Shown here: one piece after another, positions 9,336 to 19,772 of the stretch
Layout of the letters: every line of letters begins with the position of its first letter
Position numbering within the stretch: the stretch's first letter is position 1
Assembly (NCBI GenBank): GCA_022827055.1
Contig: JAJDTR010000083.1
Coordinates: 113 to 64,112, forward strand
Source: Candidatus Poribacteria bacterium
GTDB lineage: Bacteria; Poribacteria; WGA-4E; JAJDTR01
Length of the DNA stretch: 64,000 nucleotides
Reading direction: 5' to 3'
Made by a program: the position numbers and the translations under genes
Notes under the pieces: model-generated
Seen by the model: only the letters and a program-made list of their open reading frames with translations
Database searches by the model: none
Told to the model about the DNA's origin: nothing

Positions 9336-12300
9336 ATGTGGAAACTTCTGCCAACACCGAGTTTGTTTCTATTTGTAATTCTTAATTTTACGCTTCTTGC
9401 AGAGGACGGGGTAGATCCGACGGGAGATGAAGCGAGCCAGTTCAAACTCGCCGTCATCTCCCTGCTCCACCGATCGGAGAAATACCAACTCAAAGACCTC
9501 CCGACACCAGTTGTTCTGAAATACCTACCCATCATAAGAAACAGCGAAACACTGAGTGTCAAAGGCGAAACACTCGCCCGGGGAATTGATTACCAGATTG
9601 ACTACCGCGAAGGTGCAATCACGCTCCAACGTGATTTCCCGGATAACGCGCTTCTTGAGATTACCTACCAAACCTTTCCCTTCCCTATCAAGAAACTGTA
9701 CAGACGAGATCTTTTCCGCAGGGAAGCACTAAGTGAAGAGGTGCGACCTAGCGCTGACCGAGACATGATATTGCCTAGGAGAACTCCTGTCGGAACGGCA
9801 ACCGCACCCTCCCAACTACATGTTACGGGATCGCAGAGATTCGGAATTTCTGTTGGAAGCAACCGATCGCTGTCTCAAAACCGGGAGTTACGCATTAGCG
9901 TTGACGGAAAGGTGTCCGAAAACGTTAGCGTGATTGCATCGCTATCGGACCAAGACCTTCCGATTCAAGCAAGCGGTACAACCGAGGATATTCAGGATAT
10001 CGATGAAAAGCTCATCCGTATTACAAGCCCAAATGTCACCGCGACGTTAGGCGATTTCGAAGGTTCTCTCGGAAATTCGGAGTTCATCTTTTTCCCGCGG
10101 GCTCTGGAAGGGGTGCAAGTTGAAGGTGATTTCAAGTGGGGAAAGTTTCACCTCATACCGAGCAGCATTCCAAAAGGTCAATCCACAAGCAAGATTATTC
10201 GAGGTGAAGAGGGACGTAGCGAGTATCGAATCGATGCCGACGGCGAATTTGTCGTGGTAAAAGCCGGAAGCGAGATTGTCTGGCTCAACGGCGAGCGTAT
10301 GCGGCGTGGGAAGAATAATGATTACGTTATTCGCGAGTACGGCGACCCGACAATCGAGTTTACGAATAAACACCTGATTACCAGCAATGATGTCATTCGC
10401 GTGGATTTCGAGTTCATCCCGGAAGACCGAGCTTACCAACGAAATCTTTACGGCGCGAGTGGCTCCCTTAATCTGCCCGGAGATCGCGTTATCCTTGGGG
10501 CCGCGTACGCCGTTGAGTCGGACTTGGACGACATCGAAAGTGCATTCATTGCTATCAGTGACCAGGATTTGGTCAATTTCCGCCGAAACGAATTGGATTC
10601 TGGTGGCGATGGGAAATCGCTTACTCCCCCGGAAAAACACAGCGTGTGGGGATTGGACGGGGCTCTTAATCTCAGCGATCAAACCTCCGTTACAGGGGAG
10701 ATTGCCTTCAGCGCGCACGACAAAAACACCTTTTCTGGTCTGGATTCGAAAGTAACCAGCCGCGCGTGGAAAATTCTTGCACTTTCGTCCTACGAGAAAG
10801 TCCGGTTACACCTCGACGTTCGATCGCTTGACGCAGACTTTGTGCCGGTTGGCGCATCAAGTGCCAGTCGCTCCCGTTTTCAGTACGCAGAACAATACAA
10901 GCTGGAGCGATTCGATGACCTCTACCTGCTTGAGGAACGGGCGTCACGTCAATCCCCGGACGAACAGTCCCTCGACTTCGACCTCCAATTCAAGCCGTTC
11001 ACGTGGTTGGGGCTTAACTCCGGACTTGGACGAACAGAGGAACGTTTCAGCGCAACTCCCCCCGGAAGCACAAAATCAGAGAAGGAGGGCGCGAATGACA
11101 GCGAATCTGTGCCACCCGCGGCGGGGGACGAGATAACAATTCGTAATAACTTGAACTGGGCTGTCAATTTGAGTCCCCGAAAGATTCCTCGACTAAAATG
11201 GAATGTGCGCAGAAGCGCATCCAAAATCAGGGGAACTGATCAGTTTCGCAAAGAAAACCAACAGTGGAATCTGGTCCATAAACTTCGGGCATTAAACCTG
11301 ACTGCGGCAACAGAACAGTTGCAATCTTTGGATCTCGATTTCACCGACGGTGTCAACCTTAACCGAAGGCGGAATATTTCCACGAGTCGGATGGACGTCG
11401 TCAAATTCAAATGGGCATCGCTAAATTCTCTATATTCAATCGAAAAGTCGTTTGGAAAACAGGACCTACTCACGGTCGACGGGGAAACGTTAGCATTCTC
11501 AGACTGGGAACTCCAAACTACTGCGCGAACATGGACAGTCGGCTTTTATTCACAACCTCGCAAATGGGCAAATCTGACCTCCAATATCTCTCGCCGCGTA
11601 TTTGAAGCGCGACACAAACTAAACACCGACTCGACAACACAGCTAGCCGACATCAGTGTGCGACTCACCCCATTTAACCGTGCGTTGTACGGTGAAATTA
11701 CCTACGAACTCGATAAGAAGTTAGCCACGGAACGACGAGAAATATATTCCAACATCAACCCGTTCACGGGAAGAGAAATTGAGCCTGGAGAAGGGTTTTA
11801 TGTCAAAATTGACGAATTGCACTACAGGGAAGATTCCGAGGAGGGGAACTACATAAAGATTATCCAGAATGTTGACGACAAACCCGTGTCGGCAATTGAT
11901 GCCAAACTGAGATTACGCTTTCGTCCTCGACAGATTTTTTCCCGGCGAAGACGGGCTAGCCGATTTTCGACCTCAAGACTTGGAATACTGCCGACAGACT
12001 CTAAACTCCCCCCTCGCGACGGAATTACGGGATTGGAAGAGGAGTCACCAGAACGTACAACTGTGCTGATGTGGTTGGCGGAAGCCATCAGCGGCGAAAT
12101 CCGGTTTGACATCCGGGAGGAACAGGAAGAAGCGGATTCCGCATCACTATATCTGCTCCGCGATTTGCGTAACAATCACACCCTTTTTGGACAGGAAAGG
12201 CAACGCTATCAGCTTAAATTCTCGCCGTCAACCACACTGAATCTCAACCTGAATTACAACCGAAGTCAAACTCTGAACAGGCGTGTCAACAACAGAGAAC

Positions 12301-12860
12301 GATGGCGGAATAACCGCGAATGGGACATCAACTTGACGCTGAACCCCACACGCCGAATATCATTCGTTGGGCGCTGGGAGCAGCGCCGCGAACAGGAACA
12401 GTTTAGTCAACTTATGAATGAAGTCGGATTTTCCGATCGAATATCCGATCTGGTGCAGTTTGAGCGAAGGCGCGAAATCGACTTTCGGTACGAATTCAGT
12501 CGCGCTCTTCGGATCAGTATGGCTGGCGGCTATGAAACGACCTCGGATCTTGAAAAATTGGCGGATGAACCGGAAGCACACACGCGGACATTCTCAATCG
12601 AAAACCGAATGATTTACTCTCTAATCCGTAAGGGGCGAATCGAATTCAACTACCGACTCGGTTTTGGAAGTAGCACAGGTGGGATTCCATTCACCCGATA
12701 TCACTTCCACGAGGGAGTGAGCCACGAGATTCGAGCGAACGGGGAATATAAAGTGCGGAAAGTGACGGATTTATTGCTGCGACTTAAATATCGACTACTC
12801 TCAACCGAGCAGGATTCACCTGAACATCGGCTCGAGATGGAAATGGTGGCAGAACTGTGA
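9336..12860 (+). CDS. Large secreted/outer-membrane beta-barrel protein of unknown function
   Basis: 1174-aa ORF with signal peptide, two G-x-DY-x-I motifs and a long amphipathic beta-strand C-terminal region. Confidence 0.6.
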   Translation: MWKLLPTPSLFLFVILNFTLLAEDGVDPTGDEASQFKLAVISLLHRSEKYQLKDLPTPVVLKYLPIIRNSETLSVKGETLARGIDYQIDYREGAITLQRDFPDNALLEITYQTFPFPIKKLYRRDLFRREALSEEVRPSADRDMILPRRTPVGTATAPSQLHVTGSQRFGISVGSNRSLSQNRELRISVDGKVSENVSVIASLSDQDLPIQASGTTEDIQDIDEKLIRITSPNVTATLGDFEGSLGNSEFIFFPRALEGVQVEGDFKWGKFHLIPSSIPKGQSTSKIIRGEEGRSEYRIDADGEFVVVKAGSEIVWLNGERMRRGKNNDYVIREYGDPTIEFTNKHLITSNDVIRVDFEFIPEDRAYQRNLYGASGSLNLPGDRVILGAAYAVESDLDDIESAFIAISDQDLVNFRRNELDSGGDGKSLTPPEKHSVWGLDGALNLSDQTSVTGEIAFSAHDKNTFSGLDSKVTSRAWKILALSSYEKVRLHLDVRSLDADFVPVGASSASRSRFQYAEQYKLERFDDLYLLEERASRQSPDEQSLDFDLQFKPFTWLGLNSGLGRTEERFSATPPGSTKSEKEGANDSESVPPAAGDEITIRNNLNWAVNLSPRKIPRLKWNVRRSASKIRGTDQFRKENQQWNLVHKLRALNLTAATEQLQSLDLDFTDGVNLNRRRNISTSRMDVVKFKWASLNSLYSIEKSFGKQDLLTVDGETLAFSDWELQTTARTWTVGFYSQPRKWANLTSNISRRVFEARHKLNTDSTTQLADISVRLTPFNRALYGEITYELDKKLATERREIYSNINPFTGREIEPGEGFYVKIDELHYREDSEEGNYIKIIQNVDDKPVSAIDAKLRLRFRPRQIFSRRRRASRFSTSRLGILPTDSKLPPRDGITGLEEESPERTTVLMWLAEAISGEIRFDIREEQEEADSASLYLLRDLRNNHTLFGQERQRYQLKFSPSTTLNLNLNYNRSQTLNRRVNNRERWRNNREWDINLTLNPTRRISFVGRWEQRREQEQFSQLMNEVGFSDRISDLVQFERRREIDFRYEFSRALRISMAGGYETTSDLEKLADEPEAHTRTFSIENRMIYSLIRKGRIEFNYRLGFGSSTGGIPFTRYHFHEGVSHEIRANGEYKVRKVTDLLLRLKYRLLSTEQDSPEHRLEMEMVAEL

Positions 12861-12948
12861 TCTATTCTAAGCAAGTTAGGCCATAGAAAATCGCTCCGTC
12901 CGAAACCTTACAAAGCTAAACCAAGTAACTACCGCTTCCGGTAACTCA

Positions 12949-12968
12949 GTAGGGTGGGCACTGCCTAC
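12949..12968 (+). repeat. GTAG-type REP palindrome
   Basis: GTAGGGTGGGCACTGCCTAC; near-identical copy at 16317. Confidence 0.6.
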
Positions 12969-13032
12969 TGATCGAAATGTCTTGACACTGTCGAATGTGA
13001 ATCACACGCTACCTTCCTTCCATTGGAATGTG

Positions 13033-13719
13033 TTAATCTGACTCCGGTTTCCTCGCAATTAATCGTATGAGCGCCGCTTTCCCCTTGTGCATTCCCTCGT
13101 TTAGCTCGGTGACCGTATCCTCGTAGTAAAGAATCCGCAACGATTTGAAGAAATCCAATAGCTCATTGGGATTCACAAGGTAATCGGGATTCTTCGGCCC
13201 AAACTTGCTGTGTTTCGGGTGATCGCGGGAATAAGTCTCCAAGATGAAGATGCCACCGGGTTTCAAGGAATCAACCACTCTCGGCAAAATCAGTCTGTCG
13301 TAGAAGTAGAAATTCGTGATGAGATCGTACTGCTCCACACCCAAGTCGTAATCGGTCAGATCCGCGACAATGGAGTTAACCTTGACACCCCGCTCCTCTG
13401 CAAGCCGTTCACACTTCTCAATTCCGACCTCGGATATATCAACGCCTGTAACATCAAATCCATTTTCGGCGAGGTAAACCGCGTTGCGCCCTTCACCCAT
13501 CGCCAGAACCAGTGCCTTCCCCTTCGTCAGCAGGGGGAGTTTCTCTTTGAGGAACGCCGTGGGTTCTTTCCCATAAATGTACGTTGTTCCCTCATACTTT
13601 AAGTTCCACCGCTCTTTATCCGACATTGACCTCCCGTTCTTCTTCTCCATTGCAAAAGTGTTTGACACCAGAATCATTGCGGTAAAAATCAAAAATCCGG
13701 TTTTCATTGAGTCCTCCAA
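13033..13719 (-). CDS. Class I SAM-dependent methyltransferase (TehB-like)
   Basis: ALVLAMGEGRNAVYLA, VTGVDIS, LKPGG motifs. Confidence 0.85.
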   Translation of the reverse strand: MEDSMKTGFLIFTAMILVSNTFAMEKKNGRSMSDKERWNLKYEGTTYIYGKEPTAFLKEKLPLLTKGKALVLAMGEGRNAVYLAENGFDVTGVDISEVGIEKCERLAEERGVKVNSIVADLTDYDLGVEQYDLITNFYFYDRLILPRVVDSLKPGGIFILETYSRDHPKHSKFGPKNPDYLVNPNELLDFFKSLRILYYEDTVTELNEGMHKGKAALIRLIARKPESD

Positions 13720-13755
13720 TCCATGTGCTCGTCCTCATGGGGTTAGCTCCCCGCA

Positions 13756-14868
13756 TCAATGTAGAATACTCTCCAAGAACAGTCGCCCGACATCAACATT
13801 GCAACTGAAATCCTCAGGTCGCCACGGGCTGTTGTAGCCGATGATCGGCACATAGCTCTCGTGCCGAGATCCATGAGATCTTAGCCGGACATCCATCTGT
13901 GTTTGTTCCAGTTCCCCAAAGACAGTATCACAATCCGCGAGGACGAAGATGTCACCAATCCGGTCTCGGTGAAGTTTGAATGTCTCCGCAGCTTGCGCGG
14001 CGGTGTATATCTCCTCGACTCCAGGTGCCTCGCTCAATAGCGCAATTGCCCGTGCACTATCGCTTCGATCATCAAGAAAGATATACGCTGCACCGCCAAG
14101 ATTCCCGTGATGAGCAACATAACGATCTTTGATGATCGGAATGGCGCTAGCGCCCACGCCGTGTTCGGTAAGCCAGCGCCCCGGGTCAAGTGCATCTGTT
14201 TTGGCGGACATTCCGTGGTCAGCAGTAATGTAAATCTCTCGATTCGGATCATCGTCCACAATTTCCCCGAGAATCCGATCTAATTCAGCCATGTGACGCT
14301 GAGATGCCTCTTCATCGGGCGCGAACTTGTGCTGCGCCCAATCGGTTGTTGAACAGAATACGATGTTGGGATTTTCATCGCGCAACACTCTACGCAACGC
14401 TCGAAACAACCACCAGTTAATCTCGGCGGAGTAGATTGACTCTGGCGCTCCGACCGATTCAACGTACTCTGCGGACGGGGCTTCCGCGGCAATCCGGATG
14501 TCCGCTCCCCCTTCCAACATTCGCAATAGTTTTTGCTTCGTGACCAGCAGCGCAGTTTTTTCGGCGAATCCTGTCGACTTTGCACGCTCAAATAGTGTTG
14601 GAACCAATAGAAAACGGCTATCTTCGACAAACTCTCCGCTTCCGGTCTTTCGATCGACGTGATAGTTTGTCGTGATTCCGTGCGTCGCCGGAAAGCACCC
14701 CGCCGCGATACTAACATTGTTGACATTAGTAACCGACGGTATGACCGAGTTAGCGCATTTGTAAAATCCGGACTCGGCAAGTCGCCGAATATTCGGTATG
14801 TCGCTGGCGGCGAGGTAGTCGTGCCCGCCCGCGTCAATGCAGATGATTAAAACCTTCCGTCTACTCAT
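13756..14868 (-). CDS. phnA: Phosphonoacetate hydrolase (alkaline phosphatase superfamily)
   Basis: ICIDAG, PSVTNVNNVSI, TTDWAQHK, ITADHGM, LRSHGSRHE; start reassigned to 14868. Confidence 0.8.
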   Translation of the reverse strand: MSRRKVLIICIDAGGHDYLAASDIPNIRRLAESGFYKCANSVIPSVTNVNNVSIAAGCFPATHGITTNYHVDRKTGSGEFVEDSRFLLVPTLFERAKSTGFAEKTALLVTKQKLLRMLEGGADIRIAAEAPSAEYVESVGAPESIYSAEINWWLFRALRRVLRDENPNIVFCSTTDWAQHKFAPDEEASQRHMAELDRILGEIVDDDPNREIYITADHGMSAKTDALDPGRWLTEHGVGASAIPIIKDRYVAHHGNLGGAAYIFLDDRSDSARAIALLSEAPGVEEIYTAAQAAETFKLHRDRIGDIFVLADCDTVFGELEQTQMDVRLRSHGSRHESYVPIIGYNSPWRPEDFSCNVDVGRLFLESILH

Positions 14869-14878
14869 GTACCTTTCG

Positions 14879-15976
14879 CTACTCCATTTGCGGATCAACC
14901 GCCACGCGAATCAAGTCGCCCCGTTGGGCCCGTTCAAACGCCGCGTCAATCTCTACCAGCGGGTAGGTCGCACCAATTAACGCGTCGAATGGATAGCGGT
15001 CTCGTTTTTCCTCAACGAACCGAACCGCTTCACCGAGCGCAGACGGATGATAGTTGTGCAGCCCGCGAATTGTCAAACACTTCGTCACGACTTGCTGAGC
15101 GTCCAGGCTAACATCGGCACCAGGATACACAAACCCGAGCGTGAGACAGCGACCTCCGAATCCCAGCCAGTCAACCGCATTCGACAACGCAGCGCTCACC
15201 CCGCTCACCTCCAGGACGAGGTCAGCGCCGTGGTGATTTGTGATCTGTTGGACAGCATGTCCAACATCATCTACAGAGGTGTCCGTGAGATTGAAGGTTT
15301 GGGTTGCGCCGAACCGAGCCGCATATTTTAACCGGTCTTCTCGATAATCGACCACCATCACACTCTCACACCCATTCTCACGCAGATAGCATGCGGCATA
15401 AATGCCTAACATCCCCGCTCCTTGGACGATAGCATTGTCCCCTGATTTGACGCCGACAGCGTCCAACCCGTCCAGCACGGTTGCGCATGCGCAATTTAGC
15501 GGCACTGTTTCGCGGTCGGTCAAAGCAGAGGGAATGCGATAGATGGCAGTGCCGGGCTGGAGTTGGATGTACTCGGCAAACCCACCGCTGAACCCGACGT
15601 TGGTCTCGCCTCCGGCATGACCGTATTTGAATAGGCCCTCGCATTTCTGAGGAAGGTTCTTATTATCACAGTTATAGCATCTGCCGCACGATGCGGCGAT
15701 ACTCCAAGTAATCCTATCCCCCTCATTTAGGCTATTCCCGTAAGCATCGCGTAACTGTGTTGGTGCGGCAACCATCCCGATTGCTTCATGGCCCAGCGCA
15801 CACGGCAGCGGAACAGATCTCCGTCCCGTGATAGTGTGCAGATCCGACCCGCAAATTGACGCCAGCTTGACTCGAACCAACACATTTGCTTCGTTTGAAG
15901 TGACAATCGGCTGCCTGCTAACCTCAAACGGCTGGCCAACTCCGTGGAATAGCGCTACTCGTGCAGAATTGTGCAT
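14879..15976 (-). CDS. Zn-dependent alcohol dehydrogenase, phosphonate-catabolism-associated type
   Basis: ICGSDLHT, LGHE, structural Zn CGRCYNC...C, GAGMLG; adjacent to phnA. Confidence 0.8.
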   Translation of the reverse strand: MHNSARVALFHGVGQPFEVSRQPIVTSNEANVLVRVKLASICGSDLHTITGRRSVPLPCALGHEAIGMVAAPTQLRDAYGNSLNEGDRITWSIAASCGRCYNCDNKNLPQKCEGLFKYGHAGGETNVGFSGGFAEYIQLQPGTAIYRIPSALTDRETVPLNCACATVLDGLDAVGVKSGDNAIVQGAGMLGIYAACYLRENGCESVMVVDYREDRLKYAARFGATQTFNLTDTSVDDVGHAVQQITNHHGADLVLEVSGVSAALSNAVDWLGFGGRCLTLGFVYPGADVSLDAQQVVTKCLTIRGLHNYHPSALGEAVRFVEEKRDRYPFDALIGATYPLVEIDAAFERAQRGDLIRVAVDPQME

Positions 15977-16209
15977 ATGACTTTTGACAACTGAAGTCTA
16001 CTTTGTCACCTTTCTCGACTGTAAGGCGTAATGTGGTATCCATATCAAATCTCTTCCGAGTGTAATTATGCCATAACTCCAAGCGCCACTGTCAACAGCA
16101 TTCATCGCCTTTACTAGGGATGCAACTATCAAACCACCGATAACCTCCCTTGTATTCTCCAACTTGCATCGAGTTTATGGTAGCACAATTCATTACGCGC
16201 CGGTTGCTT

Positions 16210-16337
16210 GTAGGAGCGACCTCCCGGTCGCGACTTCATTTAACCCGTAGATGTAGGTTGAATACAGTGAAACCCAACTCCTGGCACATGTCCGACCATT
16301 ATTCCGTATAGCAGTTGTAGGGTGGGCACTGCCCACC
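16210..16337 (+). repeat. Cluster of three different GTAG-type REP elements
   Basis: GTAGGAGCGACCTCCCGGTCGCG (16210), GTAGGTTGAATACAGTGAAACCCAAC (about 16253), GTAGGGTGGGCACTGCCCACC (16317). Confidence 0.6.
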
Positions 16338-16442
16338 ATTTCCTCATTCCACATCCCCGCAATCAGGTTTGATCGCCCAACATCCGGACGTAATGTGATT
16401 GAAATCAACGCTTATAAGATCGTATAATATTACCGATTCGTA

Positions 16443-17528
16443 ATGTATCGGCGGCAGAATGAAGAGGTATTGGCGTTGCCAACTTTAACGGCGGAAAAGC
16501 TGACAGATTCGTGTCTGAAAATCTTTCACGCTCTTGGGGTATCGGTGGAAGATGCGGATGTCGTCACACGCGCGATGGTTGACGCCAACCTCGTCGGACA
16601 CGATTCACACGGCATTATCCATCTGCCACTGAAATATGTTCCCGAAATTGAATCCGGGTTGATTAACTTGGGAGCAGAAATCGAGGTTAAACGTGAAACC
16701 TCGTCCATGGCGGTATTGGACGGCAATTGGGGATTTGGCCCCGTCATCGCCACTCACGCCGTGAAACTCGCCATCCAGAAGGCTAAATCCAACGATGTTG
16801 GGTCGGTTGCCGTCTCCAGATCTAACGAAGTCGGGCGATTGGGAGGTTACGCCCTAATCGCCGCAGAATCCGACATGATTTGCCTTCTGACAGTAAACGA
16901 TCATGGCGCAGGAAGTTGCGTCCTACCGTTTGGAGGAACTGAACCGAGGCTATCGACCAATCCGCTCGCCTGCGCGATTCCATTGCCGGGACGCGAACCG
17001 CTGCTGCTAGACATGTCCACCAGTGTTGTCGCCTCGGGAAAAGTCAGAGTGCAGCAACATCGGAAGGGAGCTGCCCCGGAGGGATGGATTGTCGATTCCA
17101 CCGGAACACCTACGACGAACGTGGATGACTTTTATTCGGATCCGCCCGGTGCGTTGCTGCCGTTCGGAGGAATTGCCGCACAGAAAGGATTCGGACTCAG
17201 CCTAGTGGTGGATATTCTTTCGGGTGCGTTGAGCGGCGCCGGCTGTACACGGGCGGACAAGACAAGACCCGGTAACGGTATATTTGTCACTGCCATTAAC
17301 ATCGCCAGCTTTGTCGAGACACCGGCGTTCAACGAAGAGGTAGACCGCTTCGTCCAATATGTAAAGTCGGCACAAAAACGACCCGGTGTCGAAGAAATTT
17401 TTGTGCCGGGCGAACGCGGGTTCCGCGAGCGCGAAAGACGGGTGCGCGACGGCATCTACATTGAGGATGAAACCTGGGAGCAGATAAAAACCGTCGCCGG
17501 GCGTTATCAGGTCAAGATAGCCGATTAG
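16443..17528 (+). CDS. Ldh_2 family (malate/L-lactate/sulfolactate-type) oxidoreductase
   Basis: GHDSHG, LSTNPLA, DMSTS, KGFGLS, VPGE motifs. Confidence 0.85.
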   Translation: MYRRQNEEVLALPTLTAEKLTDSCLKIFHALGVSVEDADVVTRAMVDANLVGHDSHGIIHLPLKYVPEIESGLINLGAEIEVKRETSSMAVLDGNWGFGPVIATHAVKLAIQKAKSNDVGSVAVSRSNEVGRLGGYALIAAESDMICLLTVNDHGAGSCVLPFGGTEPRLSTNPLACAIPLPGREPLLLDMSTSVVASGKVRVQQHRKGAAPEGWIVDSTGTPTTNVDDFYSDPPGALLPFGGIAAQKGFGLSLVVDILSGALSGAGCTRADKTRPGNGIFVTAINIASFVETPAFNEEVDRFVQYVKSAQKRPGVEEIFVPGERGFRERERRVRDGIYIEDETWEQIKTVAGRYQVKIAD

Positions 17529-17635
17529 AGAATGAACGGCGTTTCTGTGTGGCGGAATTACACCGACAAAGCTGCAAGGAAAAAAATTCCACAATGAAAA
17601 GTTTCTAATCGTTTAGATAACAGACAGAGACTACA

Positions 17636-19126
17636 TTGATGAAGCAGGCACAGGCAAATAACTTGCGTTCCCCCGGTGCGGTACTGTTGATCTCCTGTTA
17701 TGAATTGGGACATCAACCGATGGGGGTCGCCATGCCTCTCGGTTTCTTGGAAGGGGCTGGCTTCTCACCCGCCGCAATCGACGTTTCAGCCGAACCCTTA
17801 GACGCGGATAAGATCTCCCGTGCCCGTTTTGTGGGAATCGCCGTCCCAATGCACACCGCCTTGCGTTTGGGTGTTTACGTCGTTAAACGCGTCCGCAAGC
17901 TTAATCCGGAGGCAATAATCTGCCTCTACGGTCTCTACGCCGGTCTCAACGCAGATTACCTGCTAGACAACGGTGCGGACTTCTGCATTGCCGGTGAGTA
18001 TGAATCACCCTTACTTGCGCTTGTTGAGATGATTGACAAGGACGAGATTTTTGGTTCGTCGGAGGAATCAAGACTGCCCAATGGCGTGATCGGCGATGGA
18101 GTGAAAGCCCGACCTTTTCTGAAGCGCTTGTCTTTCTCACCGCCGTCGCGTGCGCCGCTGCCAGCGCTGAATTCGTATGCACGCCTAGCGCATCGCGGCG
18201 AACGTCGATTGGTCGGATATGTCGAAGGCAGCCGCGGATGCAAATACTTCTGCACGCACTGCCCCATCCCGCCGGTTTACGATGGACGTTTCTTTGTCGT
18301 CCCGCAGGAGACTGTGTTGGAGGACATTCGCAGGCAAGTTCAAGCCGGAGCGACACACATCACCTTCGGCGATCCGGATTTTTTGAATGGCCCCACCCAT
18401 TCGCTGCGTCTTGTCAGAGCAATGCACGCCGAGTTTCCGTCCCTGACTTTTGATTTTACCACGAAGGTCGAACACATCATCAAACATAGCGAGATGTTCC
18501 CAGAGTTCAGCAAATTGGGCTGCTTGTTCACGGTCTCAGCGGTGGAATCACTGAGCGATCACGTGCTTCAGCTTCTGGAGAAAAACCATACGAGGCGTGA
18601 TGTCGAGGAGGCAATCGACATTGTCCGCACGGCAAACATATCGCTGCGTCCCACGTGGGTCGCATTCACGCCGTGGACATCGTTGCATGATTACCTCGAG
18701 GTGTTTGAATTTGTATCGAAACACGACCTGATTGACCACGTCGATCCGGTGCAGTACGCCGTTCGATTATTGATTCCACCGGGATCGCATTTGTTGAACG
18801 GAGACGCCGTGAAACCGCACCTCGGTTCGCTGGACCAGAGTGCATTTAGCTACCACTGGTCACATCCCGATCCGCGGATGGATGAACTCCACAAAACCGT
18901 CGGTGCATTGGCGGAAAAAAATTCTCAGACGGGCGTGGATCCGTGCGAGACATTCTATTCAGTCTGGGAGCTTACGGCAAGTTTGCGAGGCAGCGCCCCT
19001 CCGGAACGTCGAACATTTCCCACGGATTCCGAGAGAGCGCCGCGGCTTACGGAACCGTGGTTTTGCTGAGCAGAACCGACGGAAGGTCAGTTGGACCTTC
19101 TTCAAACGCAAGATCCGAGGGTGTAA
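17636..19126 (+). CDS. CUAEP/CCAEP-tail radical SAM selenoprotein (UGA at 19067-19069 read as Sec)
   Basis: SRGCKYFCTHC radical SAM motif; PWFC-TGA-AEPTEGQLDLLQTQDPRV-TAA; hairpin downstream of the UGA. Confidence 0.85.
19082..19100 (+). promoter_or_regulatory. Putative bacterial SECIS element
   Basis: GAAGGTC-AGTTG-GACCTTC 7-bp stem; loop starts 19 nt after the UGA with G at the second loop position. Confidence 0.7.
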
Positions 19127-19316
19127 GAGAATCGGTCTGTGGCTAATGACATATACGAACTCGCGGATTTGATTTTATTGGAACTTATGTATCCGAACGT
19201 CCCATCTCCTCAAATGATGGCGAATCATTCTACGCAGTGAGTTTTGTTAGGCATTACGTATTACACAATACCCCCATCAGTCGCTATGGAACGAGAAAAC
19301 CTGCGTAAGTAAAGAT

Positions 19317-19345
19317 TTGACAAAGCGCATTGGGTAACTTATAAT
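19317..19345 (+). promoter_or_regulatory. Sigma70 promoter for iscU-iscA
   Basis: TTGACA-17 nt-TATAAT perfect consensus. Confidence 0.75.
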
Positions 19346-19384
19346 TTAGAATGGCTGTTCGCTTAACCGACGAAAGCAAGGCAG

Positions 19385-19756
19385 ATGTATAGCCCACAAG
19401 TCATCGACCACCACAAAAATCCGCGCAACGTCGGCATGATAAAGGACGCCGACGGTGTGGGAACGGTGGGAACACCCGCCAGCGGCGAGATGATAAAGTT
19501 TTGGATTCGGGTTCACGGCGGCAGGATTGTCAGCGCCAAGTTTAAGGCTTTCGGGTGCCCTACCGTGATCGCAGCCGGTTCCGTGGCAACGCAACTTGCG
19601 GCGAATACCACGATTGAAGAAGCATTAAATATTACGCATCGGCAAATCGACGACACATTGGGCGGTTTGCCACAAGAAAAAAAACGTTACGCTATCGGCG
19701 CGCAAAAGGTTGTTCAATCCGCGATTAACGACTATATTTCAAGAGTAACAGATTGA
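19385..19756 (+). CDS. iscU: IscU/NifU-N family scaffold-like protein retaining only one Cys
   Basis: YSPQVIDHHKNPRNVG, AKFKAFGC, LGGLP. Confidence 0.75.
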   Translation: MYSPQVIDHHKNPRNVGMIKDADGVGTVGTPASGEMIKFWIRVHGGRIVSAKFKAFGCPTVIAAGSVATQLAANTTIEEALNITHRQIDDTLGGLPQEKKRYAIGAQKVVQSAINDYISRVTD

Positions 19757-19772
19757 ACGGAGGGGAAGGATC

